From the human T2T-CHM13v2.0 reference genome, Homo sapiens, in assembly GCF_009914755.1 (NCBI RefSeq), contig NC_060926.1: a stretch of 64,000 nt of DNA; one strand, written 5' to 3'. The position numbers and the translations under genes were made by a program. The stretch's first letter is position 1. Every line of letters starts with the position of its first letter. Under the pieces are notes generated by a model that saw nothing but the letters and a program-made list of their open reading frames with translations, ran no database searches and was not told the DNA's origin. Shown one piece after another: positions 51,303 through 64,000 of this stretch.

Positions 51303-54300
51303 GTCAACCTTGTATAAAGTGCAGAAATGTGCAAGGGAGCAAAATTCAAAACAGAGAAGTTTAGAAAAATGAGCATTCATGCAGGTGCCTTGTCCTATAC
51401 CCACATTTCCATTGTTGGAGTCAGGAGAGAAAATATACAAAGTTTACGTCATCCACAGAACATGAAAGAAATGGGTGGACATGCTGAAGAAATCCAAACA
51501 AACACAGCTATGTTTGCTAGTCGGATTCATAGAGAGGAAGAAGCGGGGGAAACTGTAAACACAGATACGCAGATAGCCATACAGAGGGCTCTAGAAGCCT
51601 TCGATGGTACATTACCCTGGTGAGGCTCTGCTGTAGGACCCACAGTGTGAGTGCAGACCAGGGCATGTGGCTGGCGTGGAAGGTTCATGTCTGCCCTAAG
51701 TGAAGTGGTGTATAAAAGATTCTATATGTTACCAGACTGTCTACATTTAAAAGGGTAAGCCAGAACAACTTACATACTTAAAAGATCTCAAATCAAGATA
51801 CCATGAGCAGAACAGAAACAAAAAAAAAAAAAAGGAATTTTTAAACGTAAAATGTCACATTGAAAACAAAATCAGTGGAAAATGTGTGTGTGTGTGTGTT
51901 TGGTTTTTTCCAGAAGCTCCTTTAACCATAAGTTCAAGATTAGGTTTTCTTTCCTGTTTGCCTGTGACACTTCAGAAACTGACATTTTTGGGGTCATTCA
52001 CAGAGGTAGAGAAAACTCGGAGTGCCTACTGCCTCCACTTCCTGAATTCAGGAACTGAATTCACCTTCTGCGGGGAAGGCAAACTCAGCTTTGGGTAAAT
52101 CCACTGTGTTTTAAATGTCTTGATACCTATAGATTCTTCTACTTGCAGAGTTATTGTAAAATTCACAGCGGAAAAACAGAGTGGACATTTTTCATAGCAG
52201 AGTCTTTTCCTATGAAATCATTCGCTGCAACCCAAATCCCCCAGCTTCTGTAGACAATCTTAGCCTTGAGTGGGCTTGAGTATTTGTTGACTTGAGTTCT
52301 TCGTTTAACCTTTAAACCTTCTAACACATCTCAGAAAAGGATCTTGGATAAGGCAGATGTCTGCAAGAGCCAGCCAGCTTCTGCCTCCTTTTCTGAGATC
52401 TCTTCCTGGCATCTGCTATTCAGCTGCTTTTGTGATGCTGCAAACAGTGAGATGGTACGATTAGAGATGAATGCATGATGTTAACAGACAGGTTTTATTT
52501 TTCTGCATAAAAATAGATAAAACTGGACAAAAGTTTTTCCACCGCCTTCAAAATAAGCCAAAGGATATACCCATTTATAGCCATATATCAGAAATGCTTT
52601 TTTCTTTCTTTTTTTTTTTTTTGCCTTAAGTACCTAAGGTTGAAGTTTCTTTTCAGTCAAATGCAGGAGCTCAGGACCCTGGGAACTATGGATACTTTCA
52701 AATTTCACATTCTCCAAGCCTCTCTTAGACTCACTAGATGTCCATCGTGGAAGCACTTGTGCCCTACCAATGACAGGAACCAAAGAAAGATTCCGCCAGA
52801 AAATTCCCCACTCCCAGGGGGGTGGACATTCCCCTTGCCTTCTAAGGGAATGACAATAGAGCAAGCTCTAAGAGGGCATGTCAGGATGCTCTTTCTAGCT
52901 CTCAAGCAAGAAGTGAATAGAGAGTTAATTTCCTCACAACCATGTGTGAGGCTCAGCTGAGTGGCCCGCATGAAGAATGCTGCACAGCAGCCATAAACTC
53001 TAACCTTTTCAAAATTCCTCTTGGCCCCCTGAAGACCCGCCAGCTGGCTTGGCTTTGCTGAATTGCCTCATCCCGGGCCATTGAGGAGGCCCTCAGGAGT
53101 CTGAAGCCCAATCATAAACAAAGCTGGGGGAGGCAGCCCCAGCTCATCCCTCCAGGACTAGCTGCCCATTGAAAACTCGGCCTGACCTGCTGCTGCCATG
53201 CATATGAATGATGGGGTGCAGAGCCTCTGAGATTCGCTGCTTAGAGCCTCCACAGAACCCATGCAAAGGTTAGCCCTTGCCCTCGTGTGTTCCTAGTCCC
53301 TACCCTGCCAAAGCACAGCACAAGGTGGAAAGTAGGAAGTGATGGATGGATAGGTAGGAGATACTGGAATTTTCTGTCTGGTGCTGAAGAAAGTTGCAAC
53401 TCCTCCATCCGCATTTATTTGCATGGCACTTCTTCCAAATCAGACATTTGCCTCTTTCCAGAATGCTGTCATCAATAAAGAGACTCAATGAGAGGCCCCC
53501 TACAGGAGCTGCGGATAAAGGCATCGCTGCAGGCTCAGATCAGTGTATTGACATCACCCAGTTATATTTCAGTGTGAGCCCCAGAGGGCACTTCCTGACA
53601 GTAAACACCCAGTTTATCGAGTATTTCTGGTTGGTTGTGTTTTTTATGCTTAGAGTGTCTATTATCCTCCTCAAAAATCCTGCTTCCTTTTCTTCTTTTA
53701 AAATCTGAACATAACGAGTGAAATCAATTCTAATTGTCCAGCACTTTCATTCATTGCGTGAATGTGCATGAGCTCGTGCTTCGTGGGTCCATGGGTCTGG
53801 GTTGCAGTGCTCCCGGGACCCATCTGTGGTGCTGCCCTGGCAAATGGTGGCTGGTTAAAGCACAAGGACCCTTTTAATATGACTCCACCTAGAGGCATTA
53901 AGAGATAGGGTGGCTGTAATCCTCTTATGAGCTCCTGTTCCTGCTCCTGCTGCCATCCAAGCTCGCACCAGGATGCGAATGTGTGCCGCATTTAATCAGG
54001 ATGCCTCCATGCGTCCCAAGAAAGCAGACGCAAGAGCTCAGGAGAGAAACAAGGCCATCCACACCACAAAGGAGCCAGAAGCCTTCCAAATGTCAATGCA
54101 CTGCTGCATTTTTCCAAACTTGTTGCCGGAGCGGCCTTTAACATCCCCAACGGCCTGCTGTGATCCACCAGCTAAAAACATCGATTGTTAATTGTCCGAC
54201 CACTACAGAGCAGCTCGTTTTAATATAGTCATGACATGAATGAGACCCAAGCTCCCCTTTGCCCCTCCCCTGAGGCACCTTGGATCTTGGAGGGAGAAGG

Positions 54301-54484
54301 GGGCACTTCGTTGGCTGTGGTACAATAGGGGCTAGTGTTGAGGTCAGCAACAAATAAGGGGTAACATTGTTTTCCCTGCTGGCAATCAGCAAGGCTTCCT
54401 TAAGGATTGAAATAACTTACATTTCTGGAGTGAGCAGCTGAGTAATTGAGAAAGAAGACTCTGTTCCTCTTTTCAAGAGAATCC

Positions 54485-54510
54485 CTCTCTCTCTCTCTCT
54501 CTCTCTCTCT

Positions 54511-54553
<43 letters not shown>
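54485..54553 (+). repeat. Compound (CT)n(CA)n microsatellite
   Basis: About 13 CT units then about 20 CA units. Confidence 0.95.
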
Positions 54554-54555
<2 letters not shown>

Positions 54556-54818
54556 CTCTGTACCTCCACCCCACTCCCCAATTCCTCAATTGCTGCTCTC
54601 ACTCTAATAATTATGTAGAGCAAGCCAGCTGTGCCTCCCTAATTTATGAGGGCTTGAAACGTGCATGTGAAGAGTATGTTGCTTCAAGGGCCACTCCAGT
54701 AGCAACAAAAACCTCAAGAGCAGGGGGATTTGGGGCCAAACATTTAAATAACCCATGTGACAGAGGCCACAAAGAAAGGCATCTTCTTCTTAGTGCTACA
54801 GTTCTCTTTTACATACAG

Positions 54819-55049
54819 GCTCTGAAGATTGCTCAAAAAACTTCACAAGCCCCAACGGGACCATCGAATCTCCTGGGTTTCCTGAGAAGTATCCACACAA
54901 CTTGGACTGCACCTTTACCATCCTGGCCAAACCCAAGATGGAGATCATCCTGCAGTTCCTGATCTTTGACCTGGAGCATGACCCTTTGCAGGTGGGAGAG
55001 GGGGACTGCAAGTACGATTGGCTGGACATCTGGGATGGCATTCCACATG
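54819..55049 (+). CDS. NRP2: NRP2 exon 4 (first half of CUB a2, GSEDCSKNFTSPNGTIESPGFPEKYP...WDGIPH)
   Basis: Acceptor ttctcttttacatacag|, donor ATG|gtgagt; N-glycosylation sequons NFT and NGT; 231 nt. Confidence 0.98.
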
Positions 55050-55369
55050 GTGAGTGATGTCATGAGGCATTCCTCAGTAGCTTGGCCTTTGCCTGTTAAT
55101 TGCTTTAGTGATGATAAAGAGGAAGAACAAAGACTTCAAAGCTCCTATGAGTTCTTATATGACCCATGGTGACTTTCTCTTCTTCCCCTTCACTAAGGAT
55201 AGCTTGAGAGAAATTACAGGAAGGCTGTCTACTTTCTTGGAAATATTTCTTTAGAAAAGGATAGGAGACTAAATAGATACTTGGAAAGGATGAGAAAACT
55301 TAAAGTGTTCATTTCTACTCCAAATTGTCAGGATAGAAGGTGGCTCAGTGGCTAACCCCTGTGACAAAA

Positions 55370-55470
55370 CAGAAGGACTCCAGAGCCAGACTGGCCGGGC
55401 TTAACTCCCGGCTCTGCTACTCCCCAGCTGTGCAACCTTAGACAAATCCCTTACCCTATCTGTGCCTTAT
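55370..55470 (+). mobile_element. MIR
   Basis: agagccagactg...ggctctgctact...gctgtgcaaccttagacaa. Confidence 0.55.
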
Positions 55471-56125
55471 CTGTGTTAAGTTAGCTGCTATCATCATCAT
55501 TATTACTATAATTTTAAAATTGTTATTAATATAGTCATAAATATTGAAAAGGTACATCACCCAAGGCTAACAGCCACCAGTACTTCGCAGGTGAAGACCA
55601 ACATGGATCTTGGGTCTAATTAGTATTGGAGAGGAACAAATCTTTCACTTTTGTAGTCATTGTAAGTTTTTTCTAATATAAAGGAGACTTGATGACTAAG
55701 CAAAAAGAGCAATTTCATTTCCTGGGTAAAGCACAAGACTTAGTCAGAAAACTTGGGTTGTAGGCCCAGCTCTGCTATTTCCTAGCAGTAAGAATAAAGA
55801 AATCACATGCGCTCTCCAAACTTCAGTTTCTTCCTCTGTAGAACAGACATTGTAATGATACCTTTCCAGCTCATCTTCCAGGCCACTGAGAACAGAATGA
55901 AGCCAGTGAAAGTGGCCTGTACCTTTTTAATGAAAAAGTGAAAGTGCTTTTTGATGTGCAGGAAAAATATTAGCCATTGTTCTTGAAACATATCTTTGGT
56001 TTTTATGGCAAGATGTACAAAGTGTGCTCCACTGAATGAAATGCAATGAGGGGAAGGGAAAACGGAGTGAAAACCAAGTTTGACATTTTGATTTCCACTG
56101 ACTTCTCTTTGTCTTGAATGTCCAG

Positions 56126-56281
56126 TTGGCCCCCTGATTGGCAAGTACTGTGGGACCAAAACACCCTCTGAACTTCGTTCATCGACGGGGATCCTCTCCC
56201 TGACCTTTCACACGGACATGGCGGTGGCCAAGGATGGCTTCTCTGCGCGTTACTACCTGGTCCACCAAGAGCCACTAGAGA
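56126..56281 (+). CDS. NRP2: NRP2 exon 5 (second half of CUB a2, VGPLIGKYCGTKTPSELRSSTG...HQEPLE)
   Basis: Acceptor ttgaatgtccag|, donor AGA|gtgagt; 156 nt. Confidence 0.97.
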
Positions 56282-56995
56282 GTGAGTTGGCCGATTGGGA
56301 ACCTCTGTCCTGTCCTTCCGTCAGGGCTGTGAGGGTGTACAGGTGAAGGGGGGCTGAGCTCTTATGAGGGAGGAGATGGGAACTCTACGGAATTTATGGT
56401 GGCATCTGAGTTTAGAGGTGCCCACATCCTCTTGCCAGGAAGAGGTTGATGAGAAAAGAACACATTTCAATCTGGGTGCTTCTTTCTTTAAAAAATATAT
56501 ATATGTGTGTAACAAGAATTAGTTATTTTCAGGGAAAGTCATGGTACCATCTCATACCTCAGTTTCCTCATCTATGAATGAAAGAGAGGCTAGTTAGGAT
56601 GATCTATACAGGGCCCCTCCTGTGCTAACATTTTTTTAGTCTGTGGCCATTTTTTTCCCTCTCAAAATCTCAGGGGCAATTGTCACAAAAGTGAACCATT
56701 TTAAACCTCTCTTTCTCTGGATTTTTTGACATTAACCATCTCTGGGCCTGGGTAATGTTTTCCTGACTAGATTGGTACAACTGCTTAGACTTGGACTTCA
56801 CCCTTCCACCAAAGATAGTTTGTGGAGCTTCTAGTATGTGCCAGGCACCAAGCAAGGAATTAAAAACTATCACTCTGATCACAGCTGCTGTGGGACCTGC
56901 AGTCCCTCAGCACTGAGCAACATCTTCAAATCAGCTGCTCTTGGACATGTGTTTCAAATATGCTGCCATTTCTACTTAAAAACCCAAACGATAAC

Positions 56996-57308
56996 TTTTT
57001 TTTTTTTTTTTTTTTTTTTTTTGAGACAGAGTCTCTCTCTGTTGCCCAGGCTGGAGTGCAGTGGCTCAATCTCACTCTTCCCAGTGCAACCTCCACCTCC
57101 CGGGTTTAAGCAATTCTCGTGTCTCAGCCTCCCGAGTAGCTGGAACTACAGGCATGCGCCACCATGCCCAGCTAATTTTTGTATTTTTAGCAGAGGTGGG
57201 GTTTCACCATGTTGGCTAGACTGGTCTCGAACTCCTGGCCTCAAGTGATCTGCCTGCCTTGGCCTCCCCAAATGCTGGGATTATAGGTGTGAGCCACCAT
57301 GTCCAGCC
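56996..57308 (-). mobile_element. Alu (AluS-like) in intron 5, antisense
   Basis: Poly-T then gagacagagtctc...gagccaccatgtccagcc; flanking ataacttt repeat. Confidence 0.96.
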
Positions 57309-58254
57309 CCACATAACTTTAAAGACTGAAGAAGCACTTTTAAGAAAGATTCAAGCTGTGGAAATCCTACCCTGATTGCAGACAACTCACCATATATATA
57401 ACTACAGACACGGCAGCCTGGCCTGCAGGAAGGTTGCTGGGTTTTGCATTTGTTTTTTCATCAAAGAGCTTCTGAAGATTGAGTGACAAAGAAACAGTAT
57501 GGCAAATTGCACCAGGTCCCGTGAATGGTCAGTGCAGTCACAGAGTAAAGAATAGGTTGATACCTGATAAGGATTGCTGGCCGATCTTAGACACATGCAC
57601 ACACACATATCGATCAGTGTTGATGGCATTCATAGAAGGACAGCAATGCAACTGACAGCACAGGGCCAGAGTAAGTGACTTCTGGGTCTATTTGTCCAGA
57701 CAGGTGGTGCGGGGGAATAGAGAGTGACATGCATGTGCTCATGGAGAGATTTCCCAAAGACAAGTATTTATGCTTTGTAATGTCTGTCTTCTGTGCCAGA
57801 ACTCACAAGACAGTTGAGTGAAAAAAGAAAGAAGCAAAAGTGCCTCCTGGGTGTTTATTAATAAAGCAGGCTTCCCACGATGTATGAGCTCACCCAAATC
57901 GCCACGAGTCTATCTCACATTTACCTGTATTGCAGTAATGGTGCATCTGGCATCTGTAGCCTGCAGCAATAACAGTTCTTGTGCTTTAGATTGTATTTTT
58001 AATCTGTATGATGATTCTCTTATTTATCCATAGCCTGATTTCTTTTAGGTCCCATTTAGTTTCTCTCAGACCCAGAGGGGTTGTCAAGCTCCATGACTTG
58101 ATGTAGTTGTTTTTAAAATGTGAGCATATAATTAGGGTCTTTTAAATGAGGAAGTGCCTGCAAGGACTTGTCCCTAGAAGGGAGGCAGCATTTGGGGGAT
58201 CCCGAGGTATGAGGTTGGAAGGCCTAACTGCATTTGACCGTCTGCTTTCCCCAG

Positions 58255-58424
58255 ACTTTCAGTGCAATGTTCCTCTGGGCATGGAGTCTGGCCGGATTGC
58301 TAATGAACAGATCAGTGCCTCATCTACCTACTCTGATGGGAGGTGGACCCCTCAACAAAGCCGGCTCCATGGTGATGACAATGGCTGGACCCCCAACTTG
58401 GATTCCAACAAGGAGTATCTCCAG
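58255..58424 (+). CDS. NRP2: NRP2 exon 6 (start of FV/FVIII b1 domain, NFQCNVPLGMESGRIANEQISASS...KEYLQ)
   Basis: Acceptor tctgctttccccag|, donor CAG|gtactt; discoidin motif PLGMESG.I...QISASS; 170 nt. Confidence 0.98.
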
Positions 58425-60232
58425 GTACTTGTGCAGATACCAGAGGATGTGAGAGTGTGTATGTATTGCTGGGGTAGGAGGGTAGCTCCTCAAATACAGT
58501 AGGCAGAGGACACAAAGAAAATAAACACAGCATACCTGAGAACTCCATTCATTCATTCATCCAAACAGATGTGTATGCCAGGCACTGGGTTACATGCTGG
58601 CATACACTGATCAGAGGGAGCCTGCCCCTGCCCTTGTGGGGATTACTGGGCCTGGGGAGAAGTTGTTTGGCCAGGATGCTGTTTGCCCTATCACTATAGA
58701 TATCCAAGGAACATTATATAAGCTGTTTGGATCTTCCTCATTCTTGGCACAGGGAGGCATCAGGGACATGGGGGGCATTCTCCTAAGGGGAGGTTTGTTG
58801 AGGTGCTAGCTGCACATGACAGCTTCTCATGATCTTTGCTATTGGAGAGAGCCCTGCCAGGAAGGTTTTGCACAGAGCTATCAGAAGAACACATAGGAAA
58901 ATGTCACTACCAGGAACAGAACTCAAGGTGCCCCAGATGCTCGGCAGCATCTCTTCAGACCATTGTTTGCTTTATTCTGAATAAACCTTGCAGCTCATGT
59001 TGAGTAATCTTCCCGCACTGCACACTGCTCCAATTCTCATCCCCTGGGAAGAAGTAAACAGGGGGAAAGCAAGCTACTAGTTCCACACCAGAGCAGTGAC
59101 TGCTTTTATGACACACGTAAGACAGCCTTGTGACCCACTGACAAGCCTGTCCTAGCTCTGAGGCGACACAGTGACCTCTGCTCTAAGAAGGATATTGCAA
59201 AGCAGACAACAGGAAAGGGAGAAACACCACTTAGAAACTCCAGGGAGTCCACAGAGGTTCTAACAGTAAGCCCTGGGGCCATTTGTCATTGTCTCTTCTC
59301 TCTGCCTCTCCAAAAATCCATCTCCTCGCAGCCTGCAAAACTTCCAGAAAGTTCTGTATAACTGGCATCCCCTATCTTTGACCTTAATCATATACTTTCG
59401 CCTATTGCTATCCACCTGTTTCTCATACGTGTAGACAGCACTATGTACTACTTATTCAAATGTTTAGTAATGCTGAGCACATTGTAGGTCACCAATAAGT
59501 GCTTACTGAATTGAATTTAGCCAGTGTGTGCTAGCTACATTTTGGTCATATGGAGACTGCCATTAAGAAACACCATGGCCATCAAAGGAATGACATCCAG
59601 CAATTTCCAAATGGGTTTGGCATTGTGGGAGGGGAAGTACCTTAAAATGTTGGCCATCCTCCTCATAGAGCAAAAGGTCAGGACTCGGTGCATAAGCCTA
59701 ATTGCTTGGGCAGACTCTACATGCCCTTTGACCCCTTAGTGACCTGAGCAACTAAATACACAATGGAGCGAGAGGGTGTGGGGAGGGGATGCCTCTATGA
59801 GTGTGACTTTTGGAACTAGGGCATTATAAGTGAGTTGGATTGAACTGGACAGGAGTAGAGTGGAGTAGATTCAACCTTGTTTCTTTAAAGCAGCATCTGC
59901 TTCCACAGTCCAAGGCAGGCCATCATTTACTAAGAAGGGATTATAGCTCTAGATGTTCAATGATTGAGAAAAATCGAGTATTGTCCCTTCATATTTGCAA
60001 AAGAGAGAAAAAAGAAAAATAACCTAACTTTTCAAGGTGTCTGATTTAGTGTAAGATAATGTGAGTTTAATCGTCCAATGGAATTGCAAACTGATACTAA
60101 TTACAAGTATGTCTCAGTGAATCACAGATACAGGTTGGAAGCAAAGTCTAATGATTGTGTCCTTTGGAAAAAAACAAGACACTGCCCTGTGTTGGGAATG
60201 GTGGTCTCTTACTCCAGCCCTCTATTCCCCAG

Positions 60233-60388
60233 GTGGACCTGCGCTTTTTAACCATGCTCACGGCCATCGCAACACAGGGAGCGATTTCCAGGGAAACACA
60301 GAATGGCTACTATGTCAAATCCTACAAGCTGGAAGTCAGCACTAATGGAGAGGACTGGATGGTGTACCGGCATGGCAAAAACCACAAG
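60233..60388 (+). CDS. NRP2: NRP2 exon 7 (b1 domain, VDLRFLTMLTAIATQGAISRETQNGYYVKSYKLEVSTNGEDWMVYRHGKNHK)
   Basis: Acceptor tctattccccag|, donor AAG|gtaaat; discoidin motifs VDL......IATQG and S.NGEDW; 156 nt. Confidence 0.98.
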
Positions 60389-62282
60389 GTAAATCCATGA
60401 TCCTACCTTAAAGGCACATTGGACCAGGGCAGGAGGGATGGGATCAGGGGAGCTTTAAGCCGACCTCCTACAGGAGAGAGGGCCTTGTGTAGTCAGGCTC
60501 AGATAATTGATGGAGGCAAGGGTCGTGCTGGCCTTGAAAATCTTCTCTCTTAGGCTAAAGCGATTGGAAAACACCGTTTCTCTGACAGCCAGTTGCTGTT
60601 GCATCTTGCGCAGCAGAGAGAGAGAGCTTGCAGAGTGTTCTCTGACTTCAAATGAAGGAGAAAATATGTCCCCAGTCCACTTCTCCCCACCCAGGATTCA
60701 CTGAACATTTATGGCCTGAGTCCCTTCCACATGCTGGGTTAACAATCACAAAACCACATGATACTATAGTTCAGGAGTTACCGAGCTCTGGAAATGAAAG
60801 GGCACAAATCCTGAGAGGGAATCACAATGTCCTGGAGAAGAAAAAGGACAATAAATAATGAGGAGAAATTCAGTTTGTTGGGGATGGGCTCTGAACTGGC
60901 AATCATGCTTAGCGGCGAGGCATTGAATTCTCTCTGCTGGTGCCTCCCGCATCTGCGGCTCCCGGAGGTGTGGTCTGTGTGGGTGATGTGGGGCTTTTGT
61001 TGTATACATATGGATGAATGTCTGGCACTCCACTTTCTTAAGACATGACATTCTGGGTCTGCAGCTGGCACAGGCGATGTGCTGGCTCTATGTGTATATA
61101 CACAGCACACTCAGCCCATGGGGGCTTATTGCAAACAGCCAGGGGCTTGTGTGGGTAGGATTGGGGTATCTGTGATGGGAACACAGGGCACGATGCCCCC
61201 TGCAGAGCAGGAGCTGGTGCAGAGGTCTGGAAGGAGAGTGTGATGTCCGGGGGATTCCTAGGGGCTGCCTGTCCTTCCCTAAAAAGGAGGTAGGGAGGGA
61301 GGAAGAGGGTCTCTCCTGTAGCATTACAGTTCCACCAGGCCCTGGTCTGTCAGAGTGTGAATTATCAAAATGGGGCACATGTGGCCAAGCCTAGGGAGGC
61401 CAAAGATCTTTTCCAAAGGGAATCTCCTCAGCCCCTGTCACTGCCCCGAGGCAGCTTGCTCTGACTGGTGCAGCTGGAAACCTCAGACCCAGAAAATTCT
61501 GAACTGTGATGTTGGCAGTCTCACTTGGGAAACGGGAAAAGGAGTAGATTTTTAAAAAATCAAAATCACCATAGTAACGGGGTACCACTCATCTGAAAAC
61601 CATGGCTTCTGGATATTACCAGGTATCTCACACACATGCACACAATTGCCCGATTTCCACGATAAGGAAAGTGAGGTACTTAGCAATTGAAAGATGTGCC
61701 AGGCCAGGTCTGGTTTCCCACTGACTTGGTTTCAGAAAGACTTACCAAGCATCCGTTGTGAATGCCCAGCCTGAATTGGCACTGGGTGCCAGGAGCTTGG
61801 GGGCTGAGACCTGGTTCCACCCCACCCTTTTCAATTATAAACCGGTAGATCTCGGAAGCTCAGCTAGCAGACGAGGGCCAGAAGCCAGGCAGGGGTGGTC
61901 CCCGGGGAGAGGAGTGGGGCTCACCTGATTGTCTCCCTGTCCAGGCGCAATGACTAAGCAGCACAGGCCCAGAGGGATACTGTAGCATAAGCTGTTTTAA
62001 AAGCATGCAGATGGACCAGGATGCTATTTAAAACATCATTTGTAGGAAATCTGCTTTTGGAAATACCTTAGCACTGCACATTTTCATAGAATGCTGTCCT
62101 CCCTGGCTTTATCCCTGGTATTCATTCTTCAGGAAAGATATTCCTGAAATTGAATTTAGCTTTCTGGTTTTCAGAATTATTTTTCTCAACTTTTTCATAA
62201 TGGATATATTCTCTCTCTTTTGCCTCCTCTTTCCCCACTTGGCTAGATTTAGTTCCCCAGCAGCCAAGGGGTAACTTGAGAG

Positions 62283-62312
62283 TTTTTTTGTTTTTGTTTT
62301 TGTTTTTGTTTT
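62283..62312 (+). repeat. (TTTTTG)n simple repeat
   Basis: tttttttgtttttgtttttgtttttgtttt. Confidence 0.8.
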
Positions 62313-64000
62313 ACTGAATTAGTCGTGCCCAAATAAATGGAGTTGGGGCAGAGGAAAAGCCCATTCTCTTCCCCATTAGAAATTCATCCTTTGTGTACTT
62401 AGAAGGAGGCAGGAAAATGGAGAGCCTGCCAATTAGGCATCGCCCCACTCTCCAAGCTCCTTCACCCCACTGCGGGTGTGGTGGACGCCCAGGGGCTTTC
62501 CTTGTCTCCCCTGCAAGGATGGTCTCAGCTGCCCCTTCATTAGCAGATCTTTCGTTCAGATATCTGTATTTAATGTGCAGATTCCCCCTCATTCACGGTG
62601 CGTCAGCGCAGCTCTCTGGGCTGTTGGGGTTGAAGTAGTTGAGTGAACCGTGCCAAATAGATTTGTCAAGTCTGCCGCAGTTTGATTTGATGCCATGGGG
62701 GGAGGTGGGGGTTGGGGAGGGACTTGGGGGCAGTGGAGGAAGAGGCTTCGTCCATGCCGAGTGCCACCACTGAGTTTCTCTTTGTAGCTGCTGGATGGTG
62801 GGCACTGTGCCAAGCTAACTGGTGCTAAGTGGTGGGCTTGAAAGTGAAATTCAGACAACAGGAGTTAGCAGAAAAGCAAAGCAGAGATGAAGGCAACCGC
62901 CTGCTCTGCTCTGCTCTGCTCAGAGCAGAGGGAAGGTTTGCAAATGCCTTCCCGGCGTGCAGGGAAGGAAGAGGGAATAGTGACATTTGGGACAGAAATG
63001 TGGGAACTCGATTTCAACTCCCTGGTCACTGTCAACAGCAATGCAGCATACCAAAGACCAGGGAATTGGGGAAGTCAGAGAAAAACAAGTTTAATGAGTG
63101 CTCAAGGTGGCGGGGGAGGGCTGTCCTATGTCTTTGCAAAACACTGTTTACAATGTGGACCCAGATGGGGCTGAGGCAAGGCCTAGGCCTCTGAAAGAAT
63201 GCCTTCCTTTTTACTGCCAGTGGGTGAGAAAGACTAAGGAACTCTTTTCCAGCCTCCCCTAGCCAGGCAGCAGCCTGTTCTTGGTCTCTTCCCATCCAAC
63301 AGGTCATCATGAGGTCGCCTATGAGAAAGTGGTCAGTCACACTGTTGCTGGGGCATTGCAAGCCTCCTCCTGGCAAACGCAGCCTGGTTACACAGGCCAC
63401 ATGCACAGCACATCCCAAATCTTTATCCAATTCCACATGCCATAAATATGGAACCTATGATTCTCATACAGGGTGGGCCCGCCTTATGTATATTTATGGC
63501 ATAACCACAAGGCAGAGAGCTCATCTGCCTGATGGAATCCATATCCAACCCACGTGCTCCTTTAGATTATACAAATTGCTTTGCATACATTTCTTCAGAA
63601 ACCACAAGCAGAAATTACTGCTTTTGGTTTCCCCAGCTATATTAATAACACCCTAGATGCAGACATGGCATTGTTAATAAAACAGTAGAAGGTTCATGTA
63701 TGTTTACATAATTATAGGCACAATTATGTACATACACACCAAGAAGGGCGCATGGAGAGCAATGGGAAGAGCTCAGAGGCACAAGGTCTTGGTCTAGTTC
63801 CTGCCCTCCTGAGATGCTGATTCCATGATTCTGCACTGGGGATAGGCTGTGCCTCGGGAATGGAACCACAGCTGGTGACAGGACACGGGGGAGAGAGACT
63901 ACTGCCCTTATTTGTCTAGGCAAAAGCCCTTATCTTCAGTTCCCTCTCATTCGGTAAACGTGGGGATCTCCCTTGTTGACACAGCTCTAGTTAGTCACAG

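Noticed and set aside
52039-52054. 16-bp perfect palindrome ttcctgaattcaggaa
   Set aside because: About one is expected by chance in 64 kb.
54791-54801. Upstream AGs near the exon 4 acceptor
   Set aside because: Offsets of 17 and 25 nt are out of frame, and nothing in the sequence favours their use.
60335-60353. REST/RE1-like GTCAGCACTAATGGAGAG in exon 7
   Set aside because: Half-site spacing and left half deviate from consensus; explained by coding constraint.

Overview
Mammalian genomic DNA, very probably human (primate Alu and THE1 elements, and a protein matching human NRP2 as I recall it). The window holds the promoter and first seven coding exons of neuropilin-2 (NRP2) on the + strand. 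They encode codons 1-382: signal peptide, CUB a1, CUB a2 and most of the FV/FVIII b1 domain; the gene continues past the right edge. All seven exons join in frame with GT-AG boundaries (73+178+182+231+156+170+156 = 1146 nt). Upstream are about 14 kb of intergenic DNA with an old antisense L1 interrupted by a THE1 LTR. There are two CpG islands (promoter and intron 1), five Alus, and MIR, L2 and MER elements and microsatellites. I see no evidence of a new gene family or prokaryote-type system, and almost all ORFs in the track are chance or repeat-derived. The best leads are RNA-level hypotheses: a uORF-rich 5'UTR with a latent intron that would remove all uATGs, inverted Alus around exons 4-5 that would give a stop-free circular ORF, a possible intron-6 polyadenylated soluble isoform, and a symmetric (UG)-(CA)-(UG) layout in intron 1. 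All of these are inferences that need data.
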